From assembly GCA_964016885.1 (NCBI GenBank), contig OZ024746.1:43896001-43960000 (forward strand): 64,000 nt of DNA. The letters are read 5' to 3'. The position numbers and the translations under genes are program-made. Positions 1 through 14,295 of the stretch are shown here, piece by piece. Under the pieces are notes generated by a model. That model was not told where the DNA came from, searched no databases, and saw nothing but the letters and a program-made list of their open reading frames with translations. Numbering within the stretch: the first letter of the stretch is position 1; every line of letters starts with the position of its first letter. The DNA is from Eledone cirrhosa (lineage: Eukaryota).

Positions 1-3000
1 ACATTTTGAGTCTGGAAGAGTTGCAATTTTAACATCAAAATGATTCCAGACAACTGGTTTGTTAGATTTTGTTATGGCATCACTATTACATTTGAATGTA
101 CCCTAGAATACCTCGTCGGATATTTGTGAATATTCTTTGTAAATTTTTCTTGAACACATTTTGGTGTAGAGTTGTGATAAGCTTTAGACATTAGTCTCAA
201 GTGAACAGTCAAATCTATTTCATAAATGTTTAGTATTTTATTATCAAGCATTAAAGGCTGAGAATGGAAGCCCCAAGGAGCTTTTGATATAATCCTGACT
301 GCACGTTTTTTTAAATTATGAAGTTTACTTAATTTTGTCTTCTTGACACTACCCCAAGCTAAGTTACCTGTATATTAAATATGGATCAACAATAGAAAAA
401 AAAAAAAAAATCACATGTTCACCGTTTTATTGTCCAAAAACTTACATCCCTTACAGATTATTCTAATTTGTGTCAGTAATTTGAATTCTATAGCTTGAAT
501 GTACAATTGCCAATTGAAATTTTCGTCAAAAATGATTCCCAGAAACTTTGTATAGCTGGACCTTTTGACTTCTTGAGCCCAAATGAAGTTTTGGAGGGCT
601 ATAAAGGCAGATCATCATGATTAACTGATGAACAGAATAGAATGTACTTAGTTTTATTTACGTTCAGAGAAAGCTTATTTGCAATGATAATTTATGATTA
701 TTTATGAGTGATAATTGGTTGTTTATTTCTTTGCATAATGTGCAGTAATCTTTATCAGCTAAGAAAATATTTGTATCATTGTTAAACATGATAACATTCA
801 GAAGTGCATGGTGCATATCATTAACATATATAAGGAAAAGGAAGGGATTTAAAATTGAACCTTGAGGAACACTGAAGATATTGGTTTCTACTCAGATTCA
901 ATGTCATCAGTTTGCACAACTGGTATCCATTGCCTAAGTAATTCTAGAAAATAGTTGTTTTGTTATCAATCTTTCTATATTTATTTTTATTTAATTGTAT
1001 TGTATCATATTATAAATAATATTAATACATGTGAAGTATAATATAGAAAGCGTGATACTTATATTTTCCTATATCGTTGTAAGTCAACTTATCAGGAAAA
1101 ATATATTTTCAAACCAGGATTCTTATGAAGTTATAAACTTTCTTTTCCATTTATTATTATTTTTTTTACATGTCTAACATATAATTGACTAACTACTTGT
1201 GTCCCTTCTTATTGCTTTTTAATCATATGTCTGTTAATGTATGGATGTACAGAAGTACAACCTTTTGATATACTGTTTTTAATATACCGCTTCTGCTTTG
1301 CTTTTACTTTTCATTGCGCTTGTAACTTGTAATGTATTGATTGGTATGGTATGAACCTCATCCATTGTATGGACTTATCTCATGTATGTAATACACTTGA
1401 AACTTCAAATAATATCTAAACTCCTGAAGATATGCAAAGCAATGGACAATTACTTTGTTTGTATCATGGTATGGGCTGCCGCTCTACATTGAAACATATG
1501 TAGAATAAAGATGTTTTAAGTATAACTTGGTTCTTCCTTCTATGAATATATATATACTTAAGTATAAATCAAGATGTTTTACCTAAAATGTACTCCCTAA
1601 TTAACAACATGAGATATAATCAATTGTAATAGTTACCAGTTTCATTTCATGTTTCTGTCAATGTATGGGTAATAATCAGAGAGTGCATCTATTAACAAAA
1701 AAAAAAGGAACTGCCTCCAAAATGTCTCGTCCAACTCATACCAGCATGCACAAGCATATGTAAAGACAATAGTGATGGAAAGTAATTTAGATTTTAAGAT
1801 TAGTACCTGCCAACCAAACATTCTCTATATCTGATTAAAGTCAAACATACAAGAGAAAATGATTCATTCTTTTCAACAACATCAATATCAAATATTGAAT
1901 CAAGATTAAATTTTGACCTGAAACTAATCTAAGTTTTTTCTAATCACATTGCCAATTAAATATAATATTTTCAACAATATTTCTTATACGTGCAGTATTT
2001 TAATATACAATTTTCTATTTTCTCTAATGACTTTTTTTAGTCTTAACTTTTTGAATCAATATTTTTAATGTGTCACGTTTTACATTTTTTTTTTTTTTTT
2101 TTTTATACCAATGTAAACAAGATGTTTCATAATTGTAGATTTCAATTTGTGATCATCGTAGGATTAATTATTCTTTCAGCCTGATGTCTTTCCAACAAGT
2201 AAACACTCAATTGTTAACAAATTCTGTTGTCAGCAAAACAGATGAAAGCCAGTTGAGTTGTGGACTTTACCCATAAAACAATAACTATAACAAGCCACAA
2301 GTCAACAATTTAACACAGTAGCCTAACAACTATTGTGTCACATAACTTAAGGTTTGACACAACTTCTTTCATTTCAGCATGGTATATGTTTAAATTATTT
2401 CCATTAACTTCTCAATTTTTTTTATTTTCAATTTTCTTTATTTGCGTCAAGCCTATTTATGACACTATATTCCAATACTTTCTGGTCTCAACATACAACA
2501 TTGCTGCAGCAAAGACCATTTAAAGTTCTTACATAAATGTGGAAATATTTAATAACCAATGCACAGGGAATTTGAAATCTGTATACAGATATGGAGTATA
2601 TGGAGTCTATATCATATAAACTATCAAAACTTTAAAAGTAATAATAATAATTATTGTGTTGCACATTTAGGTTGTTTGGAAAATGTGTTGATATGATAAG
2701 GTACTTCTATCCTTTTATTCCATCAATAGATATTTGAAAGAGCAGACTTAAACACAAAAGCGAAAGGTATACCTGTCAAAAGTGTCCACCAATAAAACTT
2801 CTCCAATGTCAAAAATTTGTAAGAACATATTTTTATTACTTTATGCCCAAGAATTACATTCAAAGTGCTTCAAATCCAACCATTAAACAATAGTTTTCTC
2901 TGTACATTTCCAAATAATTAAATTCACTATTTTATTGTTCATATAATTCACAGGAAGACCAAATATGTGACTTCAACGATAAACGATACACATGACAATA

Positions 3001-3530
3001 GCTAAGTTAGTTCATATGTTAAATAATATTAAAGCAAACACAATACCAACTTTCTAAATCTGTAATCCCAATACCTTAAGCACCAAAGCTTATGATAAAC
3101 AAATGCTGTTTCTAAAGCAGTAAATATTGCCAATATTACTTATTGAAAGGATGTTGACTTCAGCACATCATATGAAATCCCAGAATCTTTATTAAAAATA
3201 ATCAACCATACTCTCATTGAATGCCACACTATTTATGTGGCTTGGATGAATTGAAAAACAGTAATACATTCTCATCAAATTGTCCAATAGGTTCATAAAA
3301 TTAATATCACCCTATATGATGTTAAAGAGACCCAAAATAACTTTCTTATTCCAGCAATCATAAACCATTAAGAATTATTAATCCATTATTTGGTTTTTAT
3401 ACATTCTTTTTAGATTTTGTTCCAAAATGGTAAGCTATGCCTAACTGGAAATATAAATTTCAAAATCATATTTCATTTTGAAATGTCTAATGAGATCCTT
3501 CAATACCAAATACATTCTTATATACACACG
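1..3530 (-). mobile_element. Ancient, highly degenerate APE+RT LINE (CR1/L2 group) remnant, interrupted by later insertions
   Basis: Minus-strand motifs appear in the expected order: GDIN (APE GDFN-like, ~3300-3312), SVPQGSILNPFLFLIYVND (RT, ~820-875), IFLADKD (YADD-like, ~750-770) and LKKRAVRIISKAP (~275-315). Many stops and frameshifts; boundaries approximate. Confidence 0.6.
1420..1506 (+). ncRNA. Degenerate type I hammerhead ribozyme in a PLE-like 3' remnant
   Basis: actc-CTGAAGA(1424-1430)-imperfect stem II (tatgcaaagc/gctctacatt)-GAAA(1491-1494)-CATATG-TA-gaat. Stem III is palindromic (ACATATGT); AATAAA and (TA)n follow. Confidence 0.55.
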
Positions 3531-3883
3531 TGTGATGTAAAATACGTTTAAGCATTATTTTTTGCAATGGAATGAAGAAAGGGGTGCTCAATGCATACAA
3601 TCCAACATTGAAGAAGCGAAAAAGACAATTCAATTTAAATAAAATAGCTTCCCTTCTATTTTCTCAATTATTGAGTACTTACCTGAACAATAATGGCCTA
3701 ACTAGTCTAAACTGGTCACTCCCAATCTCCTCCACCTTTTTCTCTCTCTCTCATATATATATATACATATTATATATATATATAATGTCCTGAGTTGGTG
3801 ATCTCGTTGCTTTTGTCTATTTGGCTGGCTCACCGGTCGCAGTCTTCAATTTGTCAAGCTTTCTAACATATGTTATTACTCTA

Positions 3884-4071
3884 GGGGCCGTGGATTAGCA
3901 GTATTGGTAGAGGGTCGGAAGCCATGCTTTGATGCATAGAGTTACGGCCCTTTCCAATCTGAGTTCAAATCCCGCCGAGGTTAACTTTGCCTTTCATCCT
4001 TACGGGGTCAATAAAATAAAGTACCAGTAATGCACTGGGTAATTGCTGGCCTTGTGCCAAAAGTAGAAACA
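3884..4071 (+). mobile_element. tRNA-derived SINE family B (Nin-like central domain), full length
   Basis: A/B-box head (GAGTTCAAATCC), core GCCTTTCATCCTTACGGGGTCAATAAAATAAAGTACC, and a 12-bp TSD gttattactcta at 3872-3883/4072-4083. Many copies in the window. Confidence 0.9.
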
Positions 4072-4182
4072 GTTATTACTCTAAGGTGACACTACCTTAT
4101 CGAGTGCTTTGCTGCACATTCCGGATTGCATATCGTTAGCTTGGCCACAGCCAGAGCTTCGATTTTACTGAACTTCCATTTG

Positions 4183-4214
<32 letters not shown>

Positions 4215-4217
<3 letters not shown>

Positions 4218-4366
4218 CAAAGGAATTGTGGTAAGGAAACAGGTGGACCATAACGCACCAGAGTACTCAATACTTAGGGTAGTAGAGTGGGAAATAAGAA
4301 AAAGTATGACCCCGACGGCAGAGCTCAAGCCATTTCGAAACTCTGCCGTCGGGGTCATACTTTTTC
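4215..4366 (-). mobile_element. Short (TA)n-embedded element with HHR 3' half and fold-back inverted repeat
   Basis: Perfect 26-bp inverted arms at 4298-4323/4341-4366. The minus strand reads GAAA-TGGCTTGAGCTCTGCCG-TC-GGGG. Homologous to 14314-14509. Confidence 0.7.
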
Positions 4367-4879
4367 CTATATATATGTATATATATATATAATTTGTTAC
4401 TACCACTACAATTTGCTTTCCTTCAAGATTCCTGAATGACAAAACCAAGTTTTTCTCTAAATGGATGTAAAGCAGGAATGCAATTTTAAACTCAATTGTT
4501 ACTTTACTCTTATAACTACATCATCTGAACATCTGATATCCTGCTTATGTATCTTCCTTTTACACTATATTCACAAGTTAAGAGTTTCAAATGTGTTGCT
4601 TCACATAAGAGACATAATTAACATTAAAACCTTGATTTATTTTAACATTAAAAAATTTATATGATTATCATATCATTCGTTTACTCTTTTACTAGTTTCT
4701 TTCATCAATATATTCACATATCCTTTCGAAAATAAAAAGGATTATGATTATCATGAATAAAATGTAAAGTCAATTTTGACTGAATTTTGAACCAAGAACA
4801 CAAAAGCCATAACAATATATCACAAGTTATCTTGACCAATGTTCTTCTGGTTCTATCATCCACTACCTATTTTGTTCAC

Positions 4880-5230
4880 ATTTCAGAATTAATCTGTAAA
4901 CTTCCAGTGAGAGCTTTATGCAAAGAAGCTAATGGTTTGAAGTAACACTTTTTCTGAATATTGATCCAGTGGCAACATATCTATGAGACACACCAACTGC
5001 TAATCTAAGTTCATTTATTTTTATGCGTTCTTTGGCATTTATGTGCAATGGTTACCTTCAACTGCTACAATTCAGCACCTTCTCACCCAATTCGTTCATA
5101 TCACATGTCCATACAATTGCAACAAACTATTGTGCAATGCTGTTTGATGACTTTTGCTTTAATGCGGTCTTAAATATGTTTTCTCTAATTCAAACATTTG
5201 CAGATCTTACATAATCTATATCTACCTCCC
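4880..5230 (-). pseudogene. Possible very degenerate mariner-type transposase N-terminus
   Basis: Broken minus-strand peptides LHNSLLQLYGHVI*TNWVRRC and INELRLAVGVSH resemble the mariner HTH region; no TIRs found. Confidence 0.25.
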
Positions 5231-6410
5231 CAGTAGCATTACTTATTACACATACTTTTTGCAGTGATAAAAACCTTTATCTTTCAACATAATTAATAAT
5301 ACCCTTAGCTTCTTTCATCTATTTATTATTATAGCTACTATGATTCTACTACAAATAGTTCCATGACCAATTTGGTCGTCTAGTGAATAGAAACTATAAA
5401 CTGTATCAAAGAAGCCATCATAAAAGTTTATGCACTTGGTTCCATATATTTCTCTACTTTTACATTTGGAATAACTGATTTCTTGTCAGTTTACTAGTGA
5501 TCCACTGCATCTCTAAAAGTATATGTCATTGGAAGGAATTTTCATAAGTATATTAGAACAGAAAATCATCCATGTTCTGTGAATATAATTTAGAAATCAA
5601 TGTGATGTAAGAGAAAATGACTGTTACAACTATTGATTGCTGCATATGAAAGAAGTCCCCTTATGATCTGGACATGCAATTAAAAATGATGATAAGCATG
5701 ATAGAATTCTGTTATAGCATGTCATTCATTTATTGCTATGAAATTGGAAGGACAGAAAGTGAAATACTTTTATATGTCATCAGTTCATTAGAACTTTCAG
5801 AGGCTTAAAGACAACTAAAATATTCACCTGCATATATATCCATGTCATCTATAGTTCGGAAAGACCACGTCGATGATGATAGAGTTGGTGGTGGTAATAA
5901 CAGTACTTATCTACTAACATGATATGATATATGATTATAAATATAAATAAAGGCTTCTCTGCTAATTTCATAAAACCAGCTAATGTTCTGGTGAACATTG
6001 ACATATTTGAAAATTATCCGGTCAATAACAAAGCTTTAATCTGAGGAAAGCATCTTTGTTATAAAAATTACTTACTTAGAAATTTAATAATGTACAAGTA
6101 ATTCGACTACAAGACAAATTTAAGTTACTAAAAAGTTGAATGAGATTCTTTTAGATATTAAAATCACAGTGCAGTGTTATAGAAAATTTTTAATTTCCCT
6201 TCCCAACTGTATTTATCAATGGAATATTGCAGTGTGTTTTCCATTCTACAAATAGGGAATATATTGAAGACAATGATTATAGAATATGAAAAAGATGAAA
6301 AATTACAGATTGTAGATTCCTTTTAGATTATTAAAAAGGTAATAAATATTTATTTTGCCTCCTAAATTCAAACTTCTATTGCAATTATATTAAGTTTCAT
6401 TATTTCTGAT

Positions 6411-6525
6411 ATCTGAGTTCAAATCCCGCCGAGGTTGACTTTGCTTTTCATCCTTACAGGGTCGATAAAATAAAGTACCAGTAATACCCTAGGTAATTGC
6501 TGGCCTTGTGCCTAAAGTAGAAACA
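6411..6525 (+). mobile_element. SINE family B, 5'-truncated
   Basis: Same core as 3884-4071; TSD attatttctgat at 6399-6410/6526-6537. Confidence 0.9.
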
Positions 6526-9500
6526 ATTATTTCTGATCCCAACATGGTTTCATTGCAGCACAATAATCTGGATATATGTTTTCTCAAATATTCTTATGAA
6601 TAAAAATGTTATAAGTATAAACTTTTGAATTGAATATGTAAAATAATTTTAACTGATAGCTAATGATAAATATATTTAGAGAAATACTATGAGCATGTGA
6701 AAAAGCTAAAAATAAGAATAGTAAAGAATAGTTAAATTTATGATTTGGAGGTTTTTAAAATCTACCACAAAATTATTTGAATTCATTTGTGTAAAGTAAA
6801 TCTTAAAAGGAAAAGTTTGATAGATCAAGGTATGTCGATAACCCAGAATTTTTAAAATATATTAAAAATTTCGATTTAATCCATAACAGTATGAAATATG
6901 AACTATGTTGCTGCTGGTGAGTGATGATGATATTATTGTTGATAATTATAATGATAATACAATTAGATGAATCCTGTCTGCAGGAAATAATTTAATAAGT
7001 CACTTGTAAAATCTCTAGAATATCAATTATATTAATTGAAACAGTCAATATTTATTTTCAAAGTGCATTAGTCAAACTCAGAATATATCTACTTTGTAAT
7101 TTTCTGTAATAATAAAGTACTGCTCTTTGGGTTGGAAATAGAACAGTCTTGCACTAGAACTTTTTAACATTAAGAATTTGTTTACAGATTAAATGATATG
7201 TACAAATATATTTTTGTATGCTCTTTTAATAGTTTTAAATAACTGAAATTTAGATTTCTTTGGTAAAGACTGTAAACAGCTCATTATTTATATGGCAAAA
7301 TGCTTGTATGATAAGTAGGGTTACCATTTGTTTTAGATCAAATTACATTACTGAGAAAGTGAATAACTGAAAGTAATTAAAAAGCCACGAAACAGAATAA
7401 ACTATTTTCATTCAGAAGAAAGTAATAAGTAAATTTATGATTGTCAAAGAAAATCAATAGAGTCGGCAAACGATAACAGCATTTTCAATGAAATTATTTT
7501 ATAGATTATACACATACTCTCCTTATCACTTAACCTTTTCATTCTAGATTATTGGACTATTTCTGATTATCTGTACTAATCACTGTTTGGCTTTATGGTT
7601 CATTGGTTTGTCACAATATTTTCTGGCAAAATATCATTCACAAGAAACATAGCAATGTAAAGTTTTAGGCCACCTTAGAGTTCTAATACCAGATTTTTCA
7701 AGGCTAAATAGACATAAAATGGTAATAAACACCACAGCATTGTCAATAACTATATACATCTAACTGAAAATTTAGAGCCATTTAAATTTCAAAATACTTT
7801 AAATATTATTATTATGTTTTATTGAAGCCATATTTTTATATTATAGACATGAAAAATTACATATCATACAATTTCATATTCTAATAATAGAACCATTTTC
7901 ATCCTTAATTAAAAAATTTACATAATGATCTGCTTTATGATTAATACTCTGATTCATTAATAATCGATTTTTATTCCCTAAATCAGCAATGATCGAAAAG
8001 GTATTGTGCCAACCTGTATGCTTATGGATTCTGTGCAGCTACTTCCACTTCCTAGTATACTCAATTCTACTTCTGCTTAATTTAATCATAGTATAAAAAT
8101 ATAACTGATGACCAATCATTAACTAGCTTGAGATGTGACCATGTTCACCTACCATTAATGGGCAGCATAATGACACCAATGAGTATATTTTATTGTTAAG
8201 GTATTTTAACATTCGTCTTTTCCTTCAAAAATCATATATCCACTTGAAGTGATTACTATATTCAATTGAGAGATAGCCAAAACTTTAATCTCTCTATTTT
8301 CCTTCTCATATTACTGAAATAGTAAAGTAACTATTGATTTTATAAATACATTTTTATTACTGAATTCTTTTAGCATTACTATGTTGGCTTCTCTACATAT
8401 CATTGAAGTTTCATATCATCTTATAGTTCTCAATCGAGGAAAAGAAACCTATCGATATCAGAAAAATGCATAATAAAATAAAAGAGAAAATACTGGTTTA
8501 GGATAATAAATTGTAGGTCTTCCTTATTGAATCCCAAGGATATAAATTGAATAATATGTAAACTGAAACACCACAAATATTTTTATATGAAATATTTAAA
8601 TAAAATCAGTCAACTACATTAATAGATATTCAATTGTATAAAGAACTCAATTGGTAAGAAATGTTGCTGGAGAAAAATAAAGATGAAGGTTTGGGGGGAA
8701 AATATATAACTAAGTGTTAATAATTTACATTCAGTCGTTGATAGTACACACTTTAAAAAAACAATATCGAAAGTAATAGATTTCATTGGATAGTTTTCTT
8801 CCTTTTCCTTTCAAGCATCCAAATAACAGTTTCTTTGACCATAGTTTTTAGTACTACAAAATAACTCCTACAGAAGATTAATTTTTTATCATACATACTT
8901 TAAGAATGAATTGCAGCCACAAATAATTTAAATGTTTCTCTTTTGATAAATTGCTATTGATTGTTTCATCAACCACCAATGAATCATTTTGTAATATTTT
9001 TTAATTGTTCAGAGGAATATTTTAATTTTTTTGCCCTCCATCTCTCACTTTTTATTTAATTATCATATGAAATGTAAAATGAATTTTTTTTTTGGTGAAA
9101 TAATGTTTATTGAAGTCATGCAACATTGCATTTTGCTTTGTCTGTTTCCTTTCTTTATTGTTTAGATTAAGGCAGTAATTGAATACATCAAAAGAAATAC
9201 AGATTTGTTATATTTTGGAGGACCAAAATATATTACTAGCAAGAGACATATTAAAAATATCGTTAATCTATGTCAAGGGAAAAAAAGCAAAACATCTATT
9301 TAAAAGAATAACTATATAAAATATTATCAAAAGTCAAAAGGTTTTGCATATCTTTGCATAATTTCACTTTAGTGATATTTAATTAAATAGAAATGTTATT
9401 ACTAAAAGGAAATGTTCTGTTCTATGAGACTTCTGGATTTGTCAAAATCATACGTTAGGATGCTGAAACCGTTAACGAATTCATTATATTGCATGGTTGA

Positions 9501-10009
9501 TATTTAAATCAAATTAAATAACAATAGCAATCAGATATGATAAATTTATGTGAAAACTAGTTTCTAACCTAATGGAATTTTAATGATCTACATTAATAGA
9601 TTTCATATTCAAAGTAGTTTTTTATTTATAAAATTCTTAAAAAAGAAGAAATAAACTTTATTTGCACTGGATATAAAATGTTAGTTGTAGTAGTAGTAGT
9701 AGCAATAACAATAATAATGATGATTTCTTTATCAACCTCAATGATTTCCACATAGAATAGAGTAAACATTACATACATAAGAATAACATTACATGTGGGA
9801 CTAGACAAACAAATATAGGGGCAATAGACAGACTAATTTGATAAAGCATGAAATAATTATAAAATTACTATAAAACACAATAATTGATACAAGATAATGC
9901 ATAAACAAACAAATACATTTAGGGTCACCCACACATATGTGGGAACCTATTTTTAAGTCAGGTTAGAAAACACTGCACTGTGTATTATACATTTCCCAGC
10001 GATCAGCAA

Positions 10010-10325
10010 AATCCCCTGTAAACTTTTCTTTGATTATTCACTGTAAAATGACACCTACATGAACACTGTAAAGTGGTCATGTAGGTGTCACAACAAAAAG
10101 CACCCAGTCTATGCTATAAGGTTGTCATGTAGGTAACATGGAAAAAAGCACCCAGCACACACTGTAAGTATAGTCGGCATTAGGAAGGACATCCAACCAT
10201 ACAAACTAAGCCAAAATCAGTTCCATGTGAACGAATCACAGTCCCCCGAACTGATCCCTCACAAAGGGACAGCCCATCCTATCCATGCTAGCATGGAAGA
10301 TGGTCATTAAACAATGATGATGACA
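10010..10325 (+). mobile_element. Diverged SINE-A/RTE-type 3' module
   Basis: Repeated aaaaagcacccag units, ggcattaggaaggacatcc, then ccatgctagcatggaa and a (ATG)n tail. Confidence 0.65.
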
Positions 10326-10854
10326 ATTCATCAACAAAGGCACCCATATCATCTGGCGAGAACTACTTTATCTCTTTGCATACTTCTTTTGTTGTTAGAA
10401 GTAGAAGTCTATCATCTGAGATATTTTGGCAACAATCCTTTATTTCTGAGTTCATCCATATATTGTGTAGGTTTTCCTCCTCCATACATTTTGTTAAGCA
10501 ATCCAGTGCTGTTGATTCACACATTATTTCAGCTTGTATCTTTGCTTCCTCCTTGTTCCTGAAATCAAGTATATTGTCTCATAGGCATTGACTATACTTA
10601 AAAGTTTGGTTCAGTCATCAGATAGCACTTCCTTAAACTAATTTTTAAGACATAGAAAAGGCCTCTCTCATTTTGTAATGACAACTTGATTTCATTGAAT
10701 TGATCTATGCATTCTGAGATGGCAATTTAAGCCTATTATTGTTTTACTTTAAAAACCCTGCCAATGAGGACATGATAATTAGAGGGCAGCCAGTAGTGTT
10801 GGTAGTGATGGTATTGGTTGTGGTGTTGGTGTTGTTGTTGCTGGTGGTAGTGGT

Positions 10855-10985
10855 CTTCTTCTTGTCTTATGGCATATGCACAATGGTTAAAGAGGCAGAA
10901 TGAGATTGGTGAGCCAGACTAAGGTGTCATTTGTAGTATTATGGATTGCCTCCAGGTCACTGGGAAAAGGTCTGATGGCTGATGA
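10855..10985 (-). mobile_element. LINE 3'-end fragment, possibly Ingi/Vingi-like
   Basis: Peptide AIRPFPSDLEAIHNTTNDTLVWLTNLILPL* followed by gccataagac(aag)n, resembling Ingi/Vingi C-termini and tails. Confidence 0.35.
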
Positions 10986-11849
10986 TGGTGTTGGTGGGAG
11001 GGGGGGGGAATGATTATGATGTTCTGACGCCATTATGGCTAGATGTATTTTCAATGTTTTCCAATTGCTAGATTGCATGAACACGCATTTCATCTGATTT
11101 GATTGTTAAATGTATTTCTATTAAGTTATTGAACACTGTCAAAAAAAGAATAATACATATTCACATGTTGTCATAACTTCCATTCAGCTTGTTGCACAAC
11201 ATCTTAGAACAATTCAGAACATTTTCCTAGTTCTATTGCTGAAGAAAGAACTACTATGGAACTCAAGAAGATTACAAAAGTTTATTTATTTCACAATTAG
11301 ATTATCCCATATTAACCTGTGAAAATGAAGTCCAAATGTAAATTGCAAATGAGAGTGATATCTTGTATTTATGTCTTCTTGTATTTCTGTCATTGTCTAC
11401 GTCCCGATATTATAGAACAGAACTCTTTCTATGCAAGTTTTTAAAAGTAGCACTTTTATTCTATAACTTGCTAACAGGGAAAACGAACATTAAATGATGA
11501 TGATGATAAACTAATGCAACAACCGCAAGAATTTAAAGTTCACATACTGCTGCCTTTGCTAATTAGAATCTTTGTCTAAAAGATTCTAATTAGTATACAC
11601 CAATGAAATGGAGAAGATGAAAATCTAAAGACATATTGTGTATGTAATTAAATAAAAATGACAACTAAATGTCTTAATAAGGAACAATAAAGGAAGATTA
11701 AAGAGGTAAATAGGTGCATTCATGATAAACTAATTGGAACAAGTACACAAGATCAGGTAATTGGAACAAAGTTCATTAACACTTTTGATACCAACCTGCT
11801 CCAAATTGCTTCTACTTCTATGAAACAAAACTACCCATTTTCAAAGGTC

Positions 11850-12800
11850 TTTTTCTTCACCCTCTTATTCCTGAGAGGGTTGTGGGGGCAGAGTCCTGAA
11901 ACATTCCTTCCAGTGGGTCCTTTCAGAAGCATCAGTTTCCAACTGATCTAGCTGTATCCCCAGGTGAGACCAGCCAAGCTCATGTATGTTATCCAACCAT
12001 ATTCCCCAGTGTCTATCCCTGGGTCTCCTGCCAGCTGGTTTTGCCATAAAATCTGTCTAGTGATTCCTTCCCAAGACATTCTAACCACATGCCCATAGTA
12101 CCAGAGCTGTGATCTCTCAATTCAGAGAAGTAGCAGCTCTACCTGGAGTGACTCACTGATCTTTGAGCTACACGCTTTATCGAGTAACGTCACTCCAGGA
12201 CCCTTCAGAGGAAAAGCATTTCGGCCGCTTGTATCACAATCATATTCTTTCGAACATTACTCAAGACTCATGGCCAAATAGCAAGGATTAGCACGAATAC
12301 TAAATTGAAGATAGCGAGTTTGGGTTTTACAACTATCTTCCTTCTTCTGAATGCTGAAGTTAGCAAATTACTGCACCAGCTCCTGCAATTCTTGCACATA
12401 ATTCAGCCTTCTGCCTTCCATCATTTGTGAACATGGCCCTGAGATACTTGAACTTTGCCATATGCTTCAGTGGAACTCTATTTGCATGTAGAGTGCACTG
12501 TACAGGCTTCCTTGAGAAGACGAATGTCTCAGTTTTTGCAGCACTGATTTTCATCCCAGCCATGTAGCACTCAGCATCAAACCTATCGAATGCAAGTTGG
12601 AGATTATTTTCTGTCAAGTTAAGAACACCATGTCGCCTGCAAATTCCAGCTGACTGATTCTACATTTGCCAGTTATGATACCACTTCCAACCAAATTATG
12701 CATGTCAATCCTGTTCATGAAAATAATGAACAGGAGAGATGACAGTACACACCCTTGGCAGAGTCTAATTCCCATATTGAATGGTTTCAAGTTATGTTGA
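11850..12800 (-). mobile_element. RTE-clade LINE, 5'-truncated and decayed
   Basis: GIRLCQGCVLSSLLFIIFMNRI, FAGDMV, GMKISAAKTE, FKYL and C-terminal RRPRDRH..W..LPPQPSQE*. Same family as 42143-43190. Confidence 0.85.
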
Positions 12801-13350
12801 TGCCAACTTACTAAGGTAGTAATTATTAAACATCTTAACCTTATCAGGTCATTCTGTGATGAACAAGAAGTTGTACAACTTAAAAAGAAAGATGAATATG
12901 CAAATGTAGAAGCTCTTGTTAAAAAGAAAGAGCGTGATTGATAGGAAAACAATGAATAGAATAATAGTTTAGGAACATCTGCTATAGTAGAATAAACACA
13001 TTTAGAAATTCACAATTAATAATGGGAATACAATCTATCTACATTATATGAATGTTTAAAATGCTGCAAATGAACGCCTATCAAAGATATCAGTTAAGAA
13101 CATATAGATATTGGTCAAACCACAGAGCCCTTGAATGACAGCAAAACTCATTAATATGTTGGAATTCTAGAATCTCAAATCCCCAAAAATCATTCAAGTG
13201 AAATGAATATAAGAAGTTAGTGAATCCATTGATGAAAATTAAACTTAATGAATCAATTTAATATTTGTATAAATGCATATTCTTGATTCATGCCAGAAGA
13301 AAAATACAGATATTAAAATGCAGTGATATTAATGGGTGGATAATTATAAC

Positions 13351-13461
13351 AATATATATATATGTATATACACGCACACACATATATATATACACGCACA
13401 CACACATACATATATATACACACACACACATTCATAATTATACACACACACACACATATAT

Positions 13462-13492
<31 letters not shown>

Positions 13493-13567
13493 CACAAACA
13501 TATATATATATACACACACATATATATATACACACACATATATATATACACACACATATATATATAT

Positions 13568-13619
<52 letters not shown>

Positions 13620-13651
13620 ATAAATATATATATATACACATATATATATAT

Positions 13652-13682
<31 letters not shown>

Positions 13683-13702
13683 CACACATACATATATATA
13701 AC
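13351..13702. repeat. (TA)n/(CA)n compound microsatellite
   Basis: Seen directly in the sequence. Confidence 0.95.
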
Positions 13703-13706
13703 ATAG

Positions 13707-14080
13707 CATCATTTTACGTCCGCTTTTCCCTGCTTGCAAGGGTAGGACAGGAAACGATTCTGGCTTGATTTCTACAGCTGGATGCCCTTCCTAACACCAA
13801 CCACATTTACAGCAAGTGATGTGTGCTTTTTTGCCGTGGCACCTACACGACCACTTCAGTGTGGGCTGGGTGCTTTTTTGCCGCGGCACCTCCACAACAA
13901 ATATGCAGTGGAATGATAGGGACCCCAGTCCCTATCATCTCATTTCTACAGCTGAATAAACTGGAGCAATGTGAAATAAAGTGTCTTGCTCAGGACACAA
14001 CACATCACCCGGTCTGAGAATTGAACTCACAACTTTTCGATTGCAAGGCCAATGCTCTAACCACTAAGCCATGTGCTTCC
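13707..14080 (-). mobile_element. tRNA-derived SINE family A (RTE-type tail), 2 internal units
   Basis: Reverse complement of the 30643-30994 family: tRNA-like head, cctgagcaagacactt core and ggacgtaaaatgatg tail. Confidence 0.9.
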
Positions 14081-14092
14081 ATATATATATAC

Positions 14093-14123
<31 letters not shown>

Positions 14124-14262
14124 TACATATATATATACACACATACATATATATACACACACACACATATATATATATACACACATACATATATATATAT
14201 ACACACACATACATATATATATATATACAAAAACACACATACATATATATATACACACATAC

Positions 14263-14295
<33 letters not shown>

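Noticed and set aside
620-910. Isolated CTGATGA/CTGAAGA words (also ~5777, 8105, 11239, 47665, 48179, 55961, 57189)
   Set aside because: No compatible stems I-III and GAAA..UH could be built, so they were not counted as hammerheads.
4960-5090. Harbinger transposase motifs (RYVATG, AVEGNH)
   Set aside because: The motifs occur in the wrong order for Harbinger; a mariner-like reading fits slightly better.
12848-12941. Possible terminal exon SFCDEQEVVQLKKKDEYANVEALVKKKERD*
   Set aside because: Weak acceptor, no recognisable homology and no supporting upstream exons.
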